This document shows positions 28,047 to 37,331 of a DNA stretch of 64,000 nucleotides, one piece after another. Source of the DNA: Candidatus Magasanikiibacteriota bacterium (GTDB taxonomy: Bacteria; Patescibacteriota; Patescibacteriia; Magasanikbacterales; GWA2-37-8); contig JACOYB010000006.1 in the NCBI GenBank assembly GCA_016182085.1, forward strand, positions 88,980 to 152,979, read 5' to 3'. The notes beneath the pieces are model-generated. The model ran no database searches. It was not told the DNA's origin and saw only the letters and a program-made list of their open reading frames with translations. Made by a program: the position numbers and the translations under genes. How positions within the stretch are numbered: position 1 is the first letter of the stretch; every line of letters begins with the position of its first letter.

Positions 28047-29603
28047 ATGGCTATAAAAAAACTTAGAACAACTCTTTTAGTAATTGTAGACGGTTGGGGC
28101 GTAGGCAACAGTGAGGAACCGGGGAATCCAATTACTCCAAAAAGCGCCCCTAATTATTTTTCGTTTTTGAAAAAATACCCAAATTGTCAGCTGGAAGCCA
28201 GTGGTTTAAGCGTGGGCTTATTCAAAGGCCAAGAAGGCAATAGTGAAGCCGGCCATTTGAATTTGGGGGCGGGAAGAGTAGTAAAACAAGACGCGCTGTA
28301 TATATCCGACTCAATCGCCGATGGCACATTTTTTAAAAACAGCGTTTTTCAGCAGGCGATCAGTCAGGTAAAAAAATATAAATCGTCAGTTCATTTAATG
28401 GGATTACTTTCCAATCACAATAGCGCGCACTCTTGTCCGGAACATGCATACGCTTTGTTGGATTTATTACATAGAGAAAATATAGAAAAAGTTTATTTGC
28501 ATCTTTTTACGGACGGCAGGGACTCCGGGCAATTTGAAGCGCATAAACACTTAAGACTGTTGAAGAAATTTTTTCATGGAAACGAGAAAGTAGCCACTGT
28601 TATGGGGCGATTCTATGCCATGGATAGAAATAAAAATTGGGAACGAACAGGGGCCGCCTATAAAGCTATGGTGTTGGGACAGGGGCAAAAATTTGCTAGC
28701 GCCGAAGAAGCGCTCAGAAATTCCTATAACAGCGAAGAAACTGATGAGTTTTTACAGCCCAGCGTTATTACCGAGAAAGGGCGTCCGGTAGCGACCATAA
28801 AAGAAAATGACGCGCTTATATTTTTTAATTTACGCAGCGATCGCGCCCGCCAGCTTACCAAAGCGTTTGTGCAGCCAAATTTTAAAGAAGTTAATCCCGG
28901 AGCGTTTAATAGAACTAAGCAAATAAAAAATCTTAACTTTGTCGCTTTAACCGATTTTGGCCCCGATTTGCCGGGAGTAGTGTCCGCGTTTCCCAGTCGT
29001 GACGTAAAAAAGAGTTTAGTGCAAGTTTTATGTCCCCGCAAACAACTATACTTAGCCGAATCAGAGAAGTTCGCTCACGTTACCTATTTTTTGAACGGAG
29101 GTTATGCGCAGCATTTTTGCGATGAAAACTGGGTAAAAATAGATTCGGATGATGTGAAAAATTATGCGAGTAAACCGGAAATGAGCGCGGAACGACTGAC
29201 TGATTATGTCATAAACGCCATTGAGTCTGGAAATTACGAATTTATTGCGATGAATTTTGCCAATATGGATATGGTGGGTCATACGGGCAATTTTGCGGCT
29301 GCGCAAAAGGCAGTGAGCGCCGTAGATGCGGCTCTAGGCCGGATTGTAAAAGCTTTGCTTAAAAATCAGGGGCAGGGTATCATAACGGCCGATCATGGCA
29401 ATATTGAAGTAATGATAAATCCAGAAAGCGGCGAACCGGACACTGAACATTCAACCAATCCGGTGCCGTTTATCTTGATAAATAGCTGGATTAAAACCCC
29501 GGACAAATTACCTGATGGAAAATTGGCAAATGTCGCGCCGACTGTTTTGAAAATGATGGGGGTTGATAAGCCAGTTGAGATGACTGCCAAGAGCCTTATT
29601 TAG
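28047..29603 (+). CDS. gpmI: 2,3-BPG-independent phosphoglycerate mutase, paralog 1
   Basis: DGWG, GNSEAGH, DGRD, GRFYAMDR, DMVGHTG, TADHGN, TEHSTNPVP. Confidence 0.9.
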   Translation: MAIKKLRTTLLVIVDGWGVGNSEEPGNPITPKSAPNYFSFLKKYPNCQLEASGLSVGLFKGQEGNSEAGHLNLGAGRVVKQDALYISDSIADGTFFKNSVFQQAISQVKKYKSSVHLMGLLSNHNSAHSCPEHAYALLDLLHRENIEKVYLHLFTDGRDSGQFEAHKHLRLLKKFFHGNEKVATVMGRFYAMDRNKNWERTGAAYKAMVLGQGQKFASAEEALRNSYNSEETDEFLQPSVITEKGRPVATIKENDALIFFNLRSDRARQLTKAFVQPNFKEVNPGAFNRTKQIKNLNFVALTDFGPDLPGVVSAFPSRDVKKSLVQVLCPRKQLYLAESEKFAHVTYFLNGGYAQHFCDENWVKIDSDDVKNYASKPEMSAERLTDYVINAIESGNYEFIAMNFANMDMVGHTGNFAAAQKAVSAVDAALGRIVKALLKNQGQGIITADHGNIEVMINPESGEPDTEHSTNPVPFILINSWIKTPDKLPDGKLANVAPTVLKMMGVDKPVEMTAKSLI

Positions 29604-29623
29604 AAATTAGAAGCAGAGAAAAT

Positions 29624-31201
29624 ATGAGTTATAAACCTGTAGTACTAATAATTATGGATGGTTGGGGGATTGCTCCGCATGTTGATGGCAATGCGATTAC
29701 AAAAGCTGATACACCCAACCTGAATAAATTTTTGAAGAATTATCCGACCATGACTATTCACGCTTCTGGAAATGAGGTGGGACTTATGTTTGGAGAAATG
29801 GGAAATTCCGAAGTGGGCCACCTAAATATTGGCGCGGGCCGTGTGTACTATCAAAGTTGTCCAAGAATAAACCGGGCCATAGATGACAGTAGTTTTTTTG
29901 AAATACCGGCATTTTTACAGGCCCTGGAAAGAGTAAAACAAAATAATTCAAGTTTGCATTTGGTGGGGCTTGTTAGTTCCGGCAATGTTCATTCCAGCAA
30001 TCAGCACCTGTACGCGCTTTTGGAGTTATGCAAAAAGCAAAAATTAACAAAAAATGTTTTTATTCATGCGGTTCTAGACGGCCGCGATGCTTTGTATAAT
30101 TCCGGAAAGGAATTTATTTCCGAATTACAGCAAAAAATTTCCGAAATAAAAGTAGGAAAAATTGCAACACTATCCGGTCGCTACTTTGCCATGGACAGAG
30201 ATAATCGCTGGGACAGATGCGAAAAAGCGTATCGCGCTATTGCCGAAGGCAAAGCTGATCGCTACGCCGAAGACCCGATAAAAGTAATTGATGAATCTTA
30301 TGCTCAGAAAAATTATGATGAAGAGTTTGTCCCCACGGTTTTAACTTCCAAAAATAAACCAGTGGCAACGATTGCCAAAGATGATGCGGTAATTTTCTTT
30401 AATTTCAGACCGGATCGCGCCAGAGAGTTGGCCGAAGCCTTTGCCGTGCCGTCTTTTAATAAATTTTCCAAAGAGTATTTGAAAGATTTGCTCGTTGTAA
30501 CCATGACCGAATATGAAAAAGATTTACCAGTGGCGGTAGCTTTTGCGCCGGTGGTGGTTCATAATTCTCTTGCCGAAGTTATCAGTAAAGCCGGGCTCAA
30601 ACAAATACATGTGGCGGAAACGGAAAAATACGCGCACGTTACTTTCTTTTTAAATGGTACCGTAGAGGCGCCATTTCCCGGCGAAGACCGATTGCTCATT
30701 CCATCAGCGCGGGTTGCCAGTTATGACCAAAAACCAGAGATGTCAGCTCCGGAAATTACCAAAGAAGTAAACAAAATAATAGACCGCGGCAAGTATGATT
30801 TTATAGTTTTAAATCTTGCCAATGCCGATATGGTAGGGCATACGGGCGATTTGCAGGCTGGAATCAAAGCCTGTGAGATAATCGATAAATGTTTGGGGGA
30901 AATAATTGATCATGCCTTGGCGCAAAACGGAGCCGTAGCGATAACTGCCGATCATGGCAATGCCGAAGAGATGAAAAATTTACAGACTGGCGAAATAGAT
31001 AAAGAACATTCTACCAACCCAGTACCGCTTATTATTATCAGCAAAGATTTCTTGGGCCAAGCTGGCCCGTCCGGAGATCCGCCCGAGGGCGACCTTAGTT
31101 TAATGCAACCGGTGGGTATTTTGGCCGATGTCGCGCCAACTGTTTTAAAATTACTGGGTATTGATCAGCCAGAAGACATGACCGGGCAGGCTTTGATTTA
31201 G
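29624..31201 (+). CDS. gpmI: 2,3-BPG-independent phosphoglycerate mutase, paralog 2
   Basis: MDGWG, MGNSEVGHLNIGAGR, AETEKYAHVTFF, DMVGHTG, TADHGNAE. Confidence 0.93.
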   Translation: MSYKPVVLIIMDGWGIAPHVDGNAITKADTPNLNKFLKNYPTMTIHASGNEVGLMFGEMGNSEVGHLNIGAGRVYYQSCPRINRAIDDSSFFEIPAFLQALERVKQNNSSLHLVGLVSSGNVHSSNQHLYALLELCKKQKLTKNVFIHAVLDGRDALYNSGKEFISELQQKISEIKVGKIATLSGRYFAMDRDNRWDRCEKAYRAIAEGKADRYAEDPIKVIDESYAQKNYDEEFVPTVLTSKNKPVATIAKDDAVIFFNFRPDRARELAEAFAVPSFNKFSKEYLKDLLVVTMTEYEKDLPVAVAFAPVVVHNSLAEVISKAGLKQIHVAETEKYAHVTFFLNGTVEAPFPGEDRLLIPSARVASYDQKPEMSAPEITKEVNKIIDRGKYDFIVLNLANADMVGHTGDLQAGIKACEIIDKCLGEIIDHALAQNGAVAITADHGNAEEMKNLQTGEIDKEHSTNPVPLIIISKDFLGQAGPSGDPPEGDLSLMQPVGILADVAPTVLKLLGIDQPEDMTGQALI

Positions 31202-31232
31202 CTTAATTTAGCAAAAATAATATAAAAAAGCC

Positions 31233-31261
31233 TTGACAAGAAGGTTTTTTTGTGATATCAT
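31233..31261 (+). promoter_or_regulatory. sigma70 promoter for the 31426 ORF
   Basis: TTGACA(31233)-17-TGaTATCAT. Confidence 0.55.
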
Positions 31262-31425
31262 TTTTTATTCAATAATAACTGTCCTTTATAAATAAGAGCC
31301 TTTATTCTAGCTTATTTTAAATAAAAAATAATTTATAATGAAGGCTGGTATACCAGATCTTCCTCTTTGCCATGGTGGTAAGGAGTAAACCCTTTACAAA
31401 AAGGGTAGATAGAAAGGAAGCCGCT

Positions 31426-31926
31426 ATGAAGAGCGTCTTTCGCACATTGGCACATTTACAGGAGCAGCTCGGTGAGCAGTGCTTTGCGGAGCTGTTGAGT
31501 TCAGACAACACTCGCGCTGTACGGAAGTTCGCCATCAAGCTGGCTTTAGCGAAACTCCCTACCGAGATCACTCTTGGTCGGCGTAGGTACGAAGTCCTCA
31601 GCTTCCACAAGCCAGGGGAAGAAGAGTATGTCGACAGTGATACCATGGTCAGCAGGACTGCAGAGATGAATGCCAGCCTCGATGCCAAGGAGCGACGGTA
31701 TATCCTCAAACATCAGGCTGATTTCCCTCCAGAATGCCGTATCGTTAGTTTCTTCTTCACTAACGACTTCCGGCTGGGTTCTGCGCCAGCGTGGTCAAAG
31801 GAGCGTCCGAAGCAGATGTGTAGCATCGGCTGGAGCTACGGTTCGGATTCCTGGCTTGAGAGTTGGCAGCCCCTGGAAGGCAGGGTGTACGATGTGAATT
31901 GTCAAGTTCTCCGTCCTAAGATGTGA
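31426..31926 (+). CDS. hypothetical protein with atypical higher-GC codon usage and Trp-rich C-terminus
   Basis: AAGGA SD before ATG 31426; own promoter; long 3' hairpin. Confidence 0.65.
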   Translation: MKSVFRTLAHLQEQLGEQCFAELLSSDNTRAVRKFAIKLALAKLPTEITLGRRRYEVLSFHKPGEEEYVDSDTMVSRTAEMNASLDAKERRYILKHQADFPPECRIVSFFFTNDFRLGSAPAWSKERPKQMCSIGWSYGSDSWLESWQPLEGRVYDVNCQVLRPKM

Positions 31927-32021
31927 ACAGTTGGTACCAAGCGGAGAGCCTTTACAGTTCGCCGCCCAACACCACTTTGTAAGGATAAATTATTTTTATA
32001 AAGTGGTGCGGCGAACTTTAA

Positions 32022-32062
32022 TTATATAAAAAGACCCCGAATATATCGAGGTCTTTTTATAT
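32022..32062. terminator. bidirectional terminator between convergent genes
   Basis: atataaaaagacc-ccgaatatatcga-ggtctttttatat. Confidence 0.7.
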
Positions 32063-32069
32063 TAAAATT

Positions 32070-33215
32070 TTAAATATTACCAAGTGCCTTCTTAATCTTT
32101 TCAATAATTTCTATCTCAACCTCTTTAATAGTTTTATTATTTAACGCAAATGTCGCGGTTTTTTTGTTCCCTTCCGACTGCAGTCCTTGTAAAAGTATTT
32201 TGGCATCATGGTGACGATCGGCATACAAAAAGCCGTGAATTTTGTTTTCTGCGCCCATGTCTTCGTATAGGAGTAAAATAATTTTTGCTTCCGGAGAATT
32301 ATGTATGAGTTCTTCGGTTAGTCCGCGCAGTTCTTCTTGGGTAGCGCCGGCTCGGGAAAAATCATCCCTCGTAATAGTTGTCCAAACTAGTCCTAGTTTG
32401 GGGTCATTTTGCATATGGGTTAGCGCGGTGCCCCAAATGCGAAGTGAAGCGATAGATTTAGTGCGGTAGAGGTTTTTAACAATCTTTTCTCTGTCTGCGC
32501 CCAGCGTTATGAGTTTGCTGGCAATGCTAAGCGTGGCCGGGCTTACATTGGCGGTTTTAAAACTTTGAGTTTGGCTAATCATGCCAGTTAGCAGCAGGGT
32601 AGCAATCTCGGCATCAATATCATGTTCAAATAATTGGGCGATAGTTTTATAAATATTTTCAGTTATGGCCGTACTATTTAAATCCACGAAATTGATTTGT
32701 CCGAAATGTTCGTTGCCCGGGTGATTATCAAAATTGATTACCGGTACTTTATAAAATAAATCCGTGTTATTAAAAAAAACATTCCCTAAGGATGCCAAAT
32801 CTTGGGAGTTTAAGACGATAATTAGATCATATTTTAATCCGGACTGAGCCGTGCGCAGTTCGTTTTTGGTAATGATGCCTTGTTTGGGCGTCAAATAAAT
32901 TGATAGCCAATTATCTTTAATATCATAGCTTAGGGTATCAATCTTAACATTACTAACGTCAACTTTGAGGATAAATTTTTGTAAATGGGAAAGTTGCGGC
33001 TGGATTCCTTCCAGGCCTTTAAGGAAGTTAAGGTTTTTTGGCACGACAAAACCGCTCGCGACAATATCAACCTGCTTGCGGTGTTTTTCAAGCAGTTTTT
33101 TAAGCGCCACACCGCCACAGATCGAATCAGTATTGTGATTGGCACTCGTTACTATCAAAATATGCTGGCTTTTTTCAACAGCTTGTCGTAATTGTTCAAT
33201 TTCGTTAAGAGCCAT
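32070..33215 (-). CDS. DHH-family phosphoesterase-like protein with degenerate motifs
   Basis: DHH fold (ILIVT..D, INFDNHPGNEHFGQIN, ATLLLTGMISQT.SF); DNH instead of DHH; minus-strand promoter TTGACA-17-TAAGAT at 33298-33270. Confidence 0.75.
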   Translation of the reverse strand: MALNEIEQLRQAVEKSQHILIVTSANHNTDSICGGVALKKLLEKHRKQVDIVASGFVVPKNLNFLKGLEGIQPQLSHLQKFILKVDVSNVKIDTLSYDIKDNWLSIYLTPKQGIITKNELRTAQSGLKYDLIIVLNSQDLASLGNVFFNNTDLFYKVPVINFDNHPGNEHFGQINFVDLNSTAITENIYKTIAQLFEHDIDAEIATLLLTGMISQTQSFKTANVSPATLSIASKLITLGADREKIVKNLYRTKSIASLRIWGTALTHMQNDPKLGLVWTTITRDDFSRAGATQEELRGLTEELIHNSPEAKIILLLYEDMGAENKIHGFLYADRHHDAKILLQGLQSEGNKKTATFALNNKTIKEVEIEIIEKIKKALGNI

Positions 33216-33361
33216 GGTGTTAAGTTAGTTATGGGTAGAACTAGGTTTAATTATTTTAAATAACAGCCTATCTTAGCAGAGTTTTCCCGGCTTGTCAACC
33301 CGTATTCTGGGGGGCAGTTCGTTTGATTTTTTTCCTTAATTTTAGTATTATACTAGTCGTT

Positions 33362-35953
33362 ATGACCGAATTGTCCAAGGCCTACGAGCCAAAGCAGTAC
33401 GAAGATGCAATCTATAAAAAATGGGAAGAATCAGGGTTATTTAACCCTGATGTTTGTGTTGAGAAAGGGGTAACAGAGCCAAAATCAGAACATTTCTCTA
33501 TTGTTCTGCCACCACCCAACGTTACTGGTACCTTGCATATGGGCCATGCTGCCATGCTGGCCATAGAAGATGTAATGGTGCGATACCACCGCATGAAGGG
33601 TGACCGTACACTATGGGTGCCTGGTACCGACCATGCTGCTATTGCTACCCAGGCCAAGGTAGAAAAGTTACTGATAGAGAATGAAGGCAAAACCAAATAT
33701 GATTTAGGAAGACCAGAATTTCTCAAACGAGTAGAGAAATTTGCTCAAGAAAGTCACGACACGATTGTAAATCAGGCCCGCAAAATGGGCGCATCTTTGG
33801 ATTGGAGCAGGGAAGCCTATACTTTGGATGAAAAAAGAAATTTGGCCGTGCGTACGGTGTTTAAAAAAATGTATGATGATGGGCTTATTTATCGCGGGCA
33901 CCGCATTGTAAATTGGGATCCAAAAGGTCAGACAGTTATCTCGGATGATGAAATTGTTTATGAAGAAAGAAAAAATAAGTTCTATACATTTAAGTATGGT
34001 CCGTTTGAGATAGGTACAGCCAGACCAGAAACAAAATTTGGTGATAAGTATGTGGTAATGCATCCGGATGATAAGAGGTATAAAAAATGGAAACACATGC
34101 AAAAAATTACCGTGGAATGGATTAATGCTCCGATTGAGGCGACTGTTATTAAAGACCCAATGATTGATATGGAATTTGGTACGGGAGTTATGACAATCAC
34201 CCCTTGGCATTCCCACGAAGATTTTGCGTTGGCAGAAAAATATAAATTAGATAAGGAGCAAATTATTGATAAAGAAGGAAAGTTATTGCCAATCGCGCAA
34301 GAATTTTCTGGAATGAAAATTACCGAAGCAAAAGATAAAATAGTTGAAAAATTAAAAACTAAAGGTCTGCTCGTTAGTGTAGATGAAAATTATATTAATA
34401 GAATTGCAACTGCCGAAAGAACCGGTGGTGTTGTAGAGCCTCAAGTTATGGAGCAATGGTTTGTAAACGTAAATAAACCTGTAAAAGAACGAGGCAATAA
34501 GACATTGAAAGAATTGATGCAGGACGTAGTAAAAAATAAGAAAATAGAAATAGTGCCTGATCATTTTGAAAAAACATATTTCCATTGGATAGATAATCTG
34601 CGTGACTGGTGTATTAGCCGTCAGATTTGGTTTGGACACCAGATTCCGGTTTGGTATAAAGGCGAAGAGGTTTATGTTGGTGTTGATGCTCCGGCAGGTG
34701 ATGGTTGGCAGCAAGACTCAGACACTTTGGATACTTGGTTTTCTTCTGGTCTGTGGACTTTTTCTACCTTGGGTTATCCAGATTTAAAGGCAGAAGATTT
34801 AAAAAACTATCATCCAACATCAGTAATGGAAACTGGTTATGATATCTTGTTTTTCTGGGTGGCGCGTATGATTCTTATGACCACCTATGTTTTGGGTGAT
34901 GTGCCGTTTAAAACTGTATACTTGCATGGACTAGTTCGAGACGAGCAAGGAAGAAAGATGAGTAAATCTTTGGGTAATGTTATCAATCCGCTAGATATGA
35001 TTGCCAAGTATGGTACAGATGCCACGCGCTTGTCTCTGTTGCTTGGAAATACACCTGGCAATGATATGAAGTTATCCGAAGAAAAAATTGCTGGCTTTAG
35101 AAATTTTACCAATAAACTTTGGAATATTTCTAGGTTTATGTTGTTAAATATCGAAGAGCCAAAAATAGACGTTAAAGAACCAAAAGCAAAAACTTTGGCT
35201 GATGAATGGATTTTGGAATCGCTGGAGATTATGAAATCTTTAGTTGAAGGCAGTATTGTAAAGTATAATTTTGCAATAGCAGGAGAAATGCTAAAAGAAT
35301 TTACATGGAATCATTTAGCAGATTGGTACTTGGAAATAGCAAAGGTAGAGGGTGGGAAGTCAGAAATTTTAAATTATATTTTAAACAATATTCTGAAGTT
35401 ATGGCATCCGTATATGCCATTTGTAACTGAATCAATTTGGCAGGAAGTTTATGGGGAGGGTAGGTCGCTAATGGTAGAAAAATGGCCATCGTCAGTACAT
35501 AGCTTAGGTTCATTTGGAGATGAAAGAAATGTGGACTTTTTAATCGTTAAAGAAGTGATAGAAAAAATTCGTTCTCTTAGGGCTGAATACAAAATTGAAC
35601 CAGCAAAAAAGATAGGTGCAAAAATTAATATTGGAAAGAAAGAAAAAGTAGTAAAAGATAATGAAGATATAATTAAAGCTTTAGCTCGGTTAGAAAAGTT
35701 AGAGTTTGTAGAATCTGGAGCAGAAATTGCTTTGGATTTGGCTGGGGCAGTAGATGTAGAAAAAGAAAAGCCAAGACTAGAAAAAGAAATTGCCGAAATA
35801 AAAAAGTATGTAACTGGTTTGGAAAATAAAGTATCAAATAAAGAATTTGTAGATAATGCGCCAAAAGCAGTAGTAGAAAAAGAACAAGAAAAATTAAGTG
35901 AAGCACAAAGTAAATTAGCTAAATTACAAGAACAACTTGCTAACCTAAAATAA
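33362..35953 (+). CDS. valS: valine--tRNA ligase
   Basis: PPPNVTGTLHMGH (HIGH), DWCISRQIWFGH, KMSKS, C-terminal coiled coil; start moved to ATG 33362. Confidence 0.96.
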   Translation: MTELSKAYEPKQYEDAIYKKWEESGLFNPDVCVEKGVTEPKSEHFSIVLPPPNVTGTLHMGHAAMLAIEDVMVRYHRMKGDRTLWVPGTDHAAIATQAKVEKLLIENEGKTKYDLGRPEFLKRVEKFAQESHDTIVNQARKMGASLDWSREAYTLDEKRNLAVRTVFKKMYDDGLIYRGHRIVNWDPKGQTVISDDEIVYEERKNKFYTFKYGPFEIGTARPETKFGDKYVVMHPDDKRYKKWKHMQKITVEWINAPIEATVIKDPMIDMEFGTGVMTITPWHSHEDFALAEKYKLDKEQIIDKEGKLLPIAQEFSGMKITEAKDKIVEKLKTKGLLVSVDENYINRIATAERTGGVVEPQVMEQWFVNVNKPVKERGNKTLKELMQDVVKNKKIEIVPDHFEKTYFHWIDNLRDWCISRQIWFGHQIPVWYKGEEVYVGVDAPAGDGWQQDSDTLDTWFSSGLWTFSTLGYPDLKAEDLKNYHPTSVMETGYDILFFWVARMILMTTYVLGDVPFKTVYLHGLVRDEQGRKMSKSLGNVINPLDMIAKYGTDATRLSLLLGNTPGNDMKLSEEKIAGFRNFTNKLWNISRFMLLNIEEPKIDVKEPKAKTLADEWILESLEIMKSLVEGSIVKYNFAIAGEMLKEFTWNHLADWYLEIAKVEGGKSEILNYILNNILKLWHPYMPFVTESIWQEVYGEGRSLMVEKWPSSVHSLGSFGDERNVDFLIVKEVIEKIRSLRAEYKIEPAKKIGAKINIGKKEKVVKDNEDIIKALARLEKLEFVESGAEIALDLAGAVDVEKEKPRLEKEIAEIKKYVTGLENKVSNKEFVDNAPKAVVEKEQEKLSEAQSKLAKLQEQLANLK

Positions 35954-35957
35954 CTTT

Positions 35958-37142
35958 ATGTCAGTAAATACCGGCGCGCAAAAAATCGAGGAGCTGTTAT
36001 CTAGGGGTGTAGAAAATATTTATCCGAAAAAAGAATTTTTGGAATCCAGGCTAAAATCCGGTGAGCAATTAACTTTGTATACCGGCTATGATCCAACTGC
36101 GCCGTCGCTTCATATTGGCCATGGTATTACCATGCTTAAACTGCGCCAATTTCAAGATTTGGGGCACAAAATTATTATGCTTATCGGAGATTTTACCGGC
36201 ATGATTGGCGACCCTACAGACAAAACTTCAGCCAGACAAAAATTAACCCGCAAACAAGTTTTGGAAAATTGCAAAAATTATAAAAAACAAGCAGAGGCTA
36301 TTTTGAATTTCAAAGGTTCAAACAAAGTAGAAGTAAAGTTTAATAGTAAATGGCTTGGTAAAATGAGTTTTGAAGATGTGGTAGAACTATCATCGCATTT
36401 TACTGTGCAAAGAATGTTGGAACGAGATATGTTTGAAAACAGAATGAAAGAAGAAAAGCCAATTTACCTTCATGAATTTTTGTATCCGCTTATGCAAGGC
36501 TATGATAGCGTGGCAATGGATGTGGATGGAGAAGTGGGTGGCAATGACCAGACATTTAATATGTTGGCCGGCCGAACGCTGATGAAAGGTTTAAAAAACA
36601 AAGAAAAATTTGTACTCACTACCAAGTTATTAGTAGATGCCAGTGGAAAGAAAATGGGCAAAACCGAAGGCAACATGGTTTCTCTTTCCGATAAACCGGA
36701 AGATATGTTTGGCAAAGTTATGAGCTGGACAGACGAAATGATGAGCAAAGGATTTGAGCTATGCACCACTTTGCCAATGGATGAGGTAAAGAAGTTGGAA
36801 TCATCTACGCCAAATCCGCGTGATCTAAAATTAAAATTGGCCTTCGAGATTGTAAAAACATTTTTAGGAGAAAAGTTTGCCAAGTCTGCGCAAGAGAATT
36901 TTCACAGGGTTTTTCAAGAAAGATCTAAACCGCAAGAAATTCCAGAATTAAAACCAAGCGTCAATGATATTATTACAGTTTTGGTGGAGTCGCAAATTTG
37001 CAAGAGTAAATCCGAAGCGCGCCAGGTAATAGCCCAGGGCGGGGTAAAAATAAATGATAAGAAGGTAGAAGCTATAGACGTTCAGGTAAAAGCGGGCGAT
37101 GTAGTGCAAAAAGGCAGTAGATTTTTTGTGAAAATTGTTTAG
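35958..37142 (+). CDS. tyrS: tyrosine--tRNA ligase
   Basis: GYDPTAPSLHIGH, YPLMQGYD, GGNDQTFN, KMGKT, C-terminal S4 domain. Confidence 0.96.
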   Translation: MSVNTGAQKIEELLSRGVENIYPKKEFLESRLKSGEQLTLYTGYDPTAPSLHIGHGITMLKLRQFQDLGHKIIMLIGDFTGMIGDPTDKTSARQKLTRKQVLENCKNYKKQAEAILNFKGSNKVEVKFNSKWLGKMSFEDVVELSSHFTVQRMLERDMFENRMKEEKPIYLHEFLYPLMQGYDSVAMDVDGEVGGNDQTFNMLAGRTLMKGLKNKEKFVLTTKLLVDASGKKMGKTEGNMVSLSDKPEDMFGKVMSWTDEMMSKGFELCTTLPMDEVKKLESSTPNPRDLKLKLAFEIVKTFLGEKFAKSAQENFHRVFQERSKPQEIPELKPSVNDIITVLVESQICKSKSEARQVIAQGGVKINDKKVEAIDVQVKAGDVVQKGSRFFVKIV

Positions 37143-37200
37143 GGAGTAGGGCGTAAGAAGTAAGGAGTAGTGAGTAGAGAAAATTTATCCTTTTTGTGGT

Positions 37201-37292
37201 TCCTCCCCCTATAAGGGGGAGGATAAAGGAGGGGGTTTAAAGACAATAAAAATAAAACCCCACCCTCTGTCCCTCCCCTTATAGGGGAGGGA
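37201..37292. repeat. CCCCT-TATA-AGGGG double-hairpin palindromic element between tyrS and argS
   Basis: tcctcccccTATAAgggggagga (37201-37223) and tccctccccTTATAggggaggga (37270-37292) linked by ggggttt/aaacccc arms. Confidence 0.75.
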
Positions 37293-37331
37293 GCCACCTA
37301 CTAGTAGTCGTGGCAATGACGAATAAAAATT

